DNA of 64,000 bases from Ancylonema sp. (Eukaryota). Each line of letters begins with the position of its first letter. Positions within the stretch are counted from its first letter, which is position 1. The notes under the pieces are model-generated. The model did no database searches and was not told the origin of the DNA. It was given only the letters and a program-made list of their open reading frames with translations. Positions 55,601 to 64,000 of this stretch are shown piece after piece. Made by a program: the position numbers and the translations under genes. The stretch covers positions 1 through 64,000 of the forward strand of contig JBFLGF010000134.1 in NCBI GenBank assembly GCA_050230475.1. The letters are read 5' to 3'.

Positions 55601-58448
55601 CCGCAGCCATCCCCAGAAACACACCAAAACACGTGCGAGGAGCAAACTTGACCCCTTGCCTGTTCTTTTCTGCCCCAAATTTTAAATATTGCACCAGACA
55701 CCCAAAGTTATGACTTTTGTTCATTTTTAACTTCTTTCCCTCCCAGACTTTTCAATCGGTATCTTGCCAGCAAGCGACTTAGTCGGTGTTCTGTTTCTTA
55801 ACCAGTTTGCATGCAACACTGCAACATGCCAATATGACTTTGGTAAACCTGACCAAATTAGTATGCATCTCATCTTTTCTGTCAAACTTCTGTTCAGTCT
55901 CTTACAGATGCCATTTTGTTCAGGACTGTATGCTTCTGTGGTTTGTTTGTCAATTCCCTTCCCCCCACAGTAGTTCATCCAGTCCTGAGACACATACTCC
56001 GCACCCTTGTCTGTCCTGATAGACTGTAGTGGCAACCCTGACTGTACTTCGAGCAACTATAGTGACCTTTGCTCGGTTCAGTGCTTCATCTTTTGTTTTC
56101 AGTAGACTGACAAATGACAGACGTGTGGACACCTCAATGCGTGTCTGAGCATACGTGAAAGCCCCATTAGCAGACCTAACAGAAAGAGGTCCAATCATAT
56201 CCAGGTGAATGCGTCCCATCTTGGGGCATGTTCCCATATCTTCGCTGGCCTTGGCGTGACTCAATTGACTCATTTTACCCTGACAGCAAACCTGACAACC
56301 CTTGACCTCAGCTAATTTATCTGGACTTAACTTCGGTATGTCCCCACGTCTAACGAAATCTGACATAACATCAGCACCGGGGTGACCCAGTTTGTGATGC
56401 CAGATCATGCCTGTGGATAAGTTTGCTGTGGTATTGTGAGACCCAGGCATGATGATGGTAGAAGCTAGCAAAGTGAGACCACTAGGCCGTTCCACTACAT
56501 CTGCCCATTTCACATTCCCCTTTTTCAATTCTGGACCCGTGGGCAGCTGTAAGAAGCTCAGCCCACCTGTTTTGACGAGGCATGAAGTCGACACGAGGGT
56601 GCAGGCAAAGGTAGTGTCAGGGATCAGCATCTCGGTATATATTGTATATGTGCTGTCCAAGTCCCATCTTGGACATTGTGCCTTTTATGGCCCGGTTGTG
56701 AAGTCGTTGAAAGTACAGACTGGCGACGGTCGTAACACAAAGGTAGGGACGTGGATCGAGTTGAGAGGCTGCACGAAGAACGTGTTGCCGTTCCTAACTC
56801 GGATGTGCACGAAACCCGTGCCTGCTTCCTTGTGTGAAGAGCCGTCAGCAGTGGTGATGAAGGCTCTTTGCGTGCTCAGGGTCGGGGTGTACTCCACAAA
56901 CTGTTCACGCTCGGTGAAGATGTGGTCAGTAGCCCCTGAATCCAGGATAAGAGACTCTTTGTGAGAACCAGCAGAGAAAGCTCGAGCAACATCAAATGAG
57001 AATGCACCAAATGCAAGATAATCCACATTAGCATCGAAAGGTATGTCAGCAAAGCGAGCAAGTCGTGCCTGTGCGTCAGCCTTTCGGGCAACTTCTGGGT
57101 TCATCAATGCCATGTCAGATGCTCGTTTTCTACATGTGTCAATTGAATGCCCTAGATTGTTGCAATATCTGCACTTGATTTTCCCCCCTAAACTTCCGAT
57201 GTACGTGTACGACATTGGCAGCTCTGCTGGCGATGTTGCAAGGCACTGAGCAGCTCTATGGCGTGCTTGGTGGCACCTGTGGCATTTCCCAGCTCCGGCA
57301 TAGCCTCCTCCCACGGCTGGTGAAGAGCAGTTGGCCCTGATGTGGCCGAATTGGTGGCAGTTGTAGCAGTCGATGCCACCAGCGTCTCTGCGACCAGCTC
57401 CACCCCCATTACCAGGTCTGCTGCTGCCTCCAGCTCCGCTACCCCCTCCAGGTCCACCATAGTTTGCTTGGTGACCTCTTGGCAGCGCGCCCCTTTTCCG
57501 CTCGTTCAACTCCTTCCGGACGTCGTCGCGCAGCAGCGCACTCACGATGTGAGGAATCGTGAAGAGGTGTGGTGACGACTACGACCACGGCATGAGCGAA
57601 GAAACCATAGGGCTGTAATGGGTGTTGAGGGAGTTTAGCAGGTTGATCGCTTGCTTCATCGGCGTCACAGGTGCACCCAGGTTCTTCAGGTCCTGGTGAA
57701 TCTGCTGCAGCCGCTTCACATAGGCGTTGAGGTCCTCAACCTCCGCCTGAATCACAACGCTCTGCAACGCCTCAGTGTTTGCTATTTCGATAGCTCCCTG
57801 CACCATGTAGAATGTCCTGAGGGCTTCCCACATCCCGGCATGTCGTGCAGTCCGTGACGTGCGTGAGCTCCGAAGGACCCAAATGTTTCACAATGTAGGA
57901 CACAGCCAGATTATCTTCGTCCCATTTCTCGAGCTGCGGAAGCTGCTGGGAAATCTTCTGCTGCTCCCTAGCCATTCTCTCGATATCCACATCGATCCCC
58001 CTAGCAACAAGATGCAGCTCATTCTCTGGTGTCAATGGCATTATAACTTTTGGACGACACCTCCGAAGCAGGCTATCCCAATCCATGACAACACGATGCA
58101 GCTTCTTATCTGCTAACCTATACTTGACCTTAAAGGCCCATCCTATGTAATCTGCTCCTGTAAACTGCGGGATTTGGGATCTATCCGACATTATGGCAGC
58201 GATTGTATAGTAAGATTCCACGAGAATTCTCACGCAGCTCGAGCTCTCAGTGCAATTCCTGCAATGCAGCAGTCAGCTCGATTCCTTGCACCGTAATGTC
58301 GAAATTACGTACAGCACCTAACAACTACGGCTAAATTTGCCCTCCCTCGCAGAATATACCGTTTTCAGAGATCTTTGCAGCGAATCGCGTGGAGCCTGTA
58401 GTTTTTAACCAACACGGCGTCTAAACTAGACCGCACGTGGGCCCATCC

Positions 58449-58863
58449 TTTAAGCTTTTGAGTGATTTTAGATGTGCAGGAGATTTGGTGGGCGACAAAA
58501 CGAACCGTACGCAAAAGGATCTCACTGATGATCAACGAGACAGGAGTTGCGTGTGTGGAACGAATTATTATTGTGATCGCATCGGGGATGGTAATACCCG
58601 ATGCGTGTTGTGTGCCGACGGTCGGTACAATTGACCGTCGGCCTATCCTTGAGTGAGTGACAACTCATCTACGTGTCAACGGCACCGGACACTCCTGAAA
58701 CAAAGCAATCACGACACGTCAAACATTAACGACTCTAAGTGTCGACAACAGATCAGGTGCCCGGACACAATCGTGCCCCCGCATATAAGCACATCTAGGA
58801 AGCTCCCGGTTTAACGTTACATGGACTAGAGCATAAGGTATGGCTATCCAAAATATTCCAGCA
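58449..58863 (-). repeat. 5' LTR (415 bp)
   Basis: Direct repeat of 52202-52665; followed on the minus strand by PBS-like GGATGGGCCCAC. Confidence 0.92.
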
Positions 58864-59428
58864 GGAGAGCTCTGATTTGTTACTTTCGTTGAAACTCATA
58901 TACAACGAGGTATTACATGGGCTTTCATAAGATGATACACGGGCTTTCATGTATGGATGTTATCTCTAAACTTAATTGGAAGGCAAAAATATATTAAAGA
59001 TGTTTGTTTGTTTAGCACTTGTGGTAATAATGCTTGCTTTAATGCCTCAGCTCTACTCCTCGTTTTCGCGAGACGACAATCGTAAGATTCATAAGTGTGG
59101 AACCAAAGATATTGCGCAAAAAGTTGGCGTACAAAGATCTTCTACAATCAAGGTATGGAATGAATATTCTGACCATGATATTTTTATGTCATTATTTGTG
59201 ATTACGCAAGCATGCACGTCATGTCATCTCTAGTCTCCATTACTCAAATCTTATTGGTTGCCTACGGTTGTGCATTTTGTACGATTATATATTTTCCGAC
59301 ACAATGTATGAAGAGCCACAAGATTTTAGGCGAACCCTTGCTAAAAAGATACAACGTGCTAGCAATTGTCATCCATTATTCTTGTTTGCGCGATGCTTCC
59401 TTGAAGAAGAGTTATTGTTTCTACAAGA

Positions 59429-61154
59429 TTGACAATAATGATTTTGATGCAATTCGAAGAGAAGAAGGAGAGCGTCTACGAGGGATACATGCTGACCGAG
59501 TCGGAAGCAGAGATTGTACCTGAGAAATCGACAATCTCCGAGGCAACTTCTGAGGCAGTCCCTGGCGGAAAAATGCGTCAACATCGGAACGAGAAGAAAG
59601 GAGTGCGCTGGCTTATGGACTCAGGGTCCACGCATCACATCTGCACGGAAGTCAACTCGTTTCATAGTTTGGACTGTGCTGAAAAGGAGATAATGTTGCG
59701 TTTTATGACAGGGACGATAAGAGTTACTCATGTGGGAACAGTTCTGCCAGAACTTGATGGGGAATTCGGGAAAATGGTCACTCACATGTGCGGAGTACTC
59801 CACATCCCTGATGGAAGTGTGAACCTCTTGTCCACGCAGAAGTTGATGGAAGACAGGATCCTTCCCTTTTATTACCTGCAACATGGCAAGGTGATCTTCA
59901 GCCGCGTATATGGCTCCAACCTGGAACATGGACGAGTCGACAACAACAAAGTGCATCAGCTCGCCACGGCCACCTTGGACAACAACCTCAGAGCCTACCT
60001 GGACGGGAGAGTGTGCTACACGAAGGAGTTCGTGGGGAGGAGTCATCTATACGTGCACATTGACTTGTGTGGAAAGCAGCCACCTGAGAGGAAATGCATC
60101 ATTGGGTGGGGTTCGGAAGGATGGAGGGTGACAAAAAATCATATGCGAAGGGAAATTTCAACAAAATTCCAGTTTGGAAAGACCTGCCAAGAGAAGTAAG
60201 GCACTGGATCATGAGAGGAGAAGTAAATGAAGAATCAGAAGCCATGATGTTGAGCGGTCTGAGTGAAATTAGCAGCAACAGGTATGCATCTGACCACTCA
60301 CTTCAGCGAACACAGTACAAGGACGCATCAGCCATGATCCAGAGGCCAGAAAGCAACGAGGACATCAATGAGCGAGTGGGAAAATATTTTCGCATCATCA
60401 ACAAAAGCCAGGCAACCACATAGAAGACAAGGAAGTGAGCCAGGAAGTTGAATCTTTTCGAAAAGTGAAGTTGGAAGAAGAGGACGTGCCTGAGCTAGTG
60501 GATGAGGGTGAGGAGGAATGCGAAGAGGAAGAAGCAGCAAAGAAGAGGCGCGTGCAGGAGCTACTTGAGAAGTGGGAGGCTTTGCAGATTCACCGAAAGG
60601 TACTCGGGATCGTCCACAGGCCAGGAAGGAGCAAGACAACGGACGAAGAATGCATACTGAGAGCATCAATCAAGGGAGCAGAGCGGGATTGAAGAACATT
60701 GGAAAGATCAAGTACCAGGGGAGCAGGATGCGATTACTGCATGTTCCAGAGCGTATGGCAAGGGTGGACAAGATTGTCGAAAATGGCTGGGAGCCTGAGG
60801 ACATCAAGAACAAGAATGAAGAGAGTGACGAAGAATACGAAATATACATCGACGAGTAATGAGATAATGGAACTAAATAAAGTGCGGTGTTGCTAAAGGG
60901 AGAAAAGAAAGAAGTGAGTCAGATGGTACAATGTCATAAGTACAAGTTTTTTTGTTGAAAGTGAAAAGATAAGGAACGTGGAATAGACAAGAGAAAGTCA
61001 TAGGTTCCACACTTTGTACAATAAGATTGGGGAGTGAGGAGATCAAGGAAATGTGGGATGTCAACATTGAGGGGTGTAGCACGATTGAAGGCACCAGACA
61101 AATAAGGTGTGAGAACTAAAGAAAGGGGGGATATGCATTTTCAATTAGGGGGTG
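59429..61154 (+). mobile_element. Non-autonomous copia derivative retaining only the protease region
   Basis: WLMDSGSTHHIC...GTV...VLHIP...NLLS copia protease motif; no IN/RT recognised; ends in AGGGGGTG (PPT like that at 52666-52674) followed by TG. Confidence 0.7.
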
Positions 61155-61155
61155 T

Positions 61156-62421
61156 GTTAGAATGTAATTGTAAATGCATAATAATACATGAAGTTTTCTT
61201 AGTAATTATTAGGGGCCAAGAATTGAGTAGCATTAGATCATGACATCGATAGAACGAAAAATCGACAATCACTTAGAAATACATACATACGGGCATCGAT
61301 ACAAAAATTGTCTAGTCACATTTTGAAGTAGTGACGTAAAAGGGGGAATAATTAAAGATAAGGATGACTAGATATAGACCATAGATTGACTAGGATAGCG
61401 GCGCCACATTTTATCTAGCTCGCTAGGAAGTTCTACTAAATCTTGTACTCGCAAGAGATAAGGCCAACTTGGCTAGAATCTCCAAATCAATTACTTCTAC
61501 CATCCTGAATTATTGCTCGCACAGTCTGCCTGCACTTTCTATCATGCTTAGTAATTCCTCTAAGTTTGCCTTGCACCGATAAGCAACGCATCTGTAGAGT
61601 ATCGAGAAGAGTTTCCTGCCCACGTGTAGTCAGTGGTGTTTCGTGCGAATCCGAGACGCAGAGGTCAGCATTGAGAAGAGCCGACGTATAGGCTGCAAGT
61701 CAGAAAGAAGCAAGTCGCAATCTTTAAGCAAGCATCGACAGGAAAGATCATTGCTTATATGAATGAAGTTGTTCAACTTCACTCATATTAGCAATGATCT
61801 TTATTGTCGATGCTTGCTTAAAGATTGCGACTTGCTTCTTTCTGACTTGCAACCTATACGTCGGCTCTTCTCAATGCTGACCTCTGCCTCTTCGGTGGCA
61901 AGACAATGCTGACCTCTGCATCTCGGATTCGGAGGAAACACCTTTGCCTATACGTGGGCAGGAAACTCTTTTCGATACTCTACAGATGCGTTGCTTATCG
62001 GTGCAAGGCAAACTTAGAGGAATTACTAAGCATGACAGAAAGTAAAGGCAAACTGTGCGAGCAATAATTCAGGATGGTAGAAGTAATTGATTTGGAGATT
62101 CCAGCCAAGTTGGCCTTATCTCTTGCGAGTACAAGATTAACTAAAACTTCCTAGCGAGCCAGATAAAAATGTGGCGCCGCTATCCTAATCAATCTATGGT
62201 CTATGTCTAGTCATCCTTATCTTTAATTATTCCCCCTTTTACGTCACTACTTCAAAATGTGACTAGACAATTTTTGTATCGATGCCCGTATATATGTATT
62301 TCTAAGTGATTGTCGATTTTTCGTTCTATCGATGTCATGATCTAATGCTACTCAATTCTTACCCCTAACAATTACTAAGAAAACTTCATGCATTATTATG
62401 CATTTACAATTACATTCTAAC
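61156..62421. repeat. ~1.27 kb inverted repeat (arms 61156-61771 and 61774-62421, 2-nt loop); left arm is a probable LTR
   Basis: Arms pair end to end around GAAGTTG-TT-CAACTTC; scattered substitutions; ~32 extra bp in the right arm from a local duplication of CAATGCTGACCTCTGC. Confidence 0.95.
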
Positions 62422-62720
62422 GAAGTCTTCTTGCACCCGCTACATCGATTGATTCCCGTTTTGTCTTTTGTGACAGGTTGAAATCCACATCCTCAATGAA
62501 TTCGTAGTATTGCAGATTGAGTCTCTGCTGAGATATCAATATTATATCTATCACACGTCTCAGCGGTCTGGTGAAATTCACTATTTAACGTTGAGGGCGA
62601 GCTAAGAGATGGTTTACAGTACAAAAGTCTGAGAAAATACTGTAAAGCAAACAAGATAGTCTGGTGATGTCTATCAAGGTTAACAGTCGTAAGAGTTACT
62701 TTCGGTGAGAAAACAAAGTA
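62422..62720 (-). mobile_element. Mutator-like remnant, copy 2 (same family as 48630-49720)
   Basis: Shares GGTTGAAATCCACATCCTCAATGAATTC with ~49418-49445 (EFIEDVDFN) and 'NL..HHQT' vs 'NL..SHQT'; truncated at the palindrome edge. Confidence 0.45.
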
Positions 62721-64000
62721 TCGACGGCGCGTCGATAAAAGATGCTGGCTTAGAAATAGCGTGAGCAGACAGGTGTAAACAACAGATGTTGGCTCGGAGC
62801 GAGCGACAACAAACACACACACACAAATGAAATTGCCGGTTCGGAGCGAACGCAGGAAAATCGACAGATGCTTTACACACACACGCACGCTTGCTGGGTA
62901 ACAGAGAGCGTCAGCGAATCGATGTAAGAAATTACACTCGATAGCAAGGCTGGCTCAGAAAGAACGTCAGCAACATATTCAGATGAATCACGAATATACA
63001 CACGCACACATTGCGAAGAATGATTTGCAAACTTACCGTCTAGCTGACGGATATCAGGCTGAGACGAAAGACGAGCACGTTGCGAAGTCGCGTACCCGAA
63101 GGGGAGCAATATTCAGAGAATTGCAAGGATTCAGATAACACACAAAACGATTGTTGGAAGAGATTTCTTAACAGCGCAATCTGACAGCGGACGCTGGCAG
63201 ATCTGAAAGTACAATTGTCTTTTATCTCAAAGGTTGTTGCGCGGTGCTAACTAGCATAGTTAACTAGAGTTAAGCTATCGAAGATAACGACAGGCTGGCT
63301 TCTAGAACATTACAATTAATCTCGGCACTATGATGAAACGGCGCGAGGTATTACTCTAGTTCTACGGCTGGATTTATTATAAGTCGAAAGTGACTTGTGA
63401 TTTAACAAAAATCGACACACAACTATTTATTGAAGACTGCTGGATTCTAGACTTCGGAAAATACGCGTTGCGTTATTTTCAAGTCGTACAAATTTCTTAC
63501 TTCACTATTTTTCTTGTAATCTACTAATTCTAAAACGTCGTTGTATCGAATACTCTTGTCATAGAGGAGTATTAATATAGAGGGGTTTCTGATCAATCTA
63601 GAGGGGTTTCGCCTTAGCGATCTCTAGCGTCATGACAGCTGACGTAATGTTTGGAGTCGGCCGCCCGGAATAGCGTTCTTCATACTTTGACTTCTCTCTG
63701 AAGTAAAGTTCTCTCTTTTAATGTCCTCATAACTTCTTCTTCTCTAAGTTCTGGATGTTGATCATCTCATATAGTCACAATCTTGTATCGATAAATGTTG
63801 GTGATCTCTCACAATGTGGTATTGTGTTGCTCTCACTCCCCCCCCCCCAGTTTCGAAATGGCAGTGTAGAAACTGGGTATCAGGAGTTTCCTATCAAAGT
63901 GTTAGGAGTGGAATATGATGGAGCTCCTAGCAATCTGGGTTGCAAATGCACACACAAGATAATGGCGAGACTGAGTCGATAGGATATAGGGAAATGAGCC

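Larger units (their letters stand above)
52202..58863 (-). mobile_element. Full-length decayed Ty1/copia LTR retrotransposon
   Basis: LTRs 58449-58863 and 52202-52665; PPT GAGGGGGTG at 52666-52674; flanks GGAGC/GGAGA (4/5 TSD). Domain order gag (CCHC knuckles), PR (LILDSGATDH), IN (WHHKLGH..CQVC, IRTDKGAEY, PEQNG), RT (VGCRYVFKVK, HVDD), RNase H (QPADMLTKAL); many frameshifts and stops. Confidence 0.95.

Overview
Eukaryotic, intron-rich genomic DNA using the standard code. Gene content (Ycf20-like, plastid fibrillin, plant-type SmB/UFD1) indicates the green lineage; a streptophyte alga is my inference, not established. The ORF track uses GTG/TTG starts and ignores introns, so gene models were rebuilt by eye from GT-AG sites. 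Four zones: (1) 1-8 kb, hAT and Tc1/mariner-type non-autonomous elements; (2) 8.3-26.6 kb, three paralogous F-box/LRR genes built wholly from phase-0 exon cassettes, one with a duplicated 4-exon block, each with an in-frame stop, plus related intronic minisatellites and a gag fragment; (3) 30.9-48.0 kb, six intact housekeeping genes in three head-to-head pairs (BCD1/UFD1, Ycf20-like/fibrillin, SmB/ALG11) with MITEs between pairs; (4) 48.5-64 kb, a TE island with Mutator-like remnants, a full-length decayed Ty1/copia element with a half-tRNA-type PBS, and a protease-only copia derivative whose apparent 3' LTR forms a ~1.27 kb fold-back palindrome. No CRISPR array, rRNA or tRNA was recognised.
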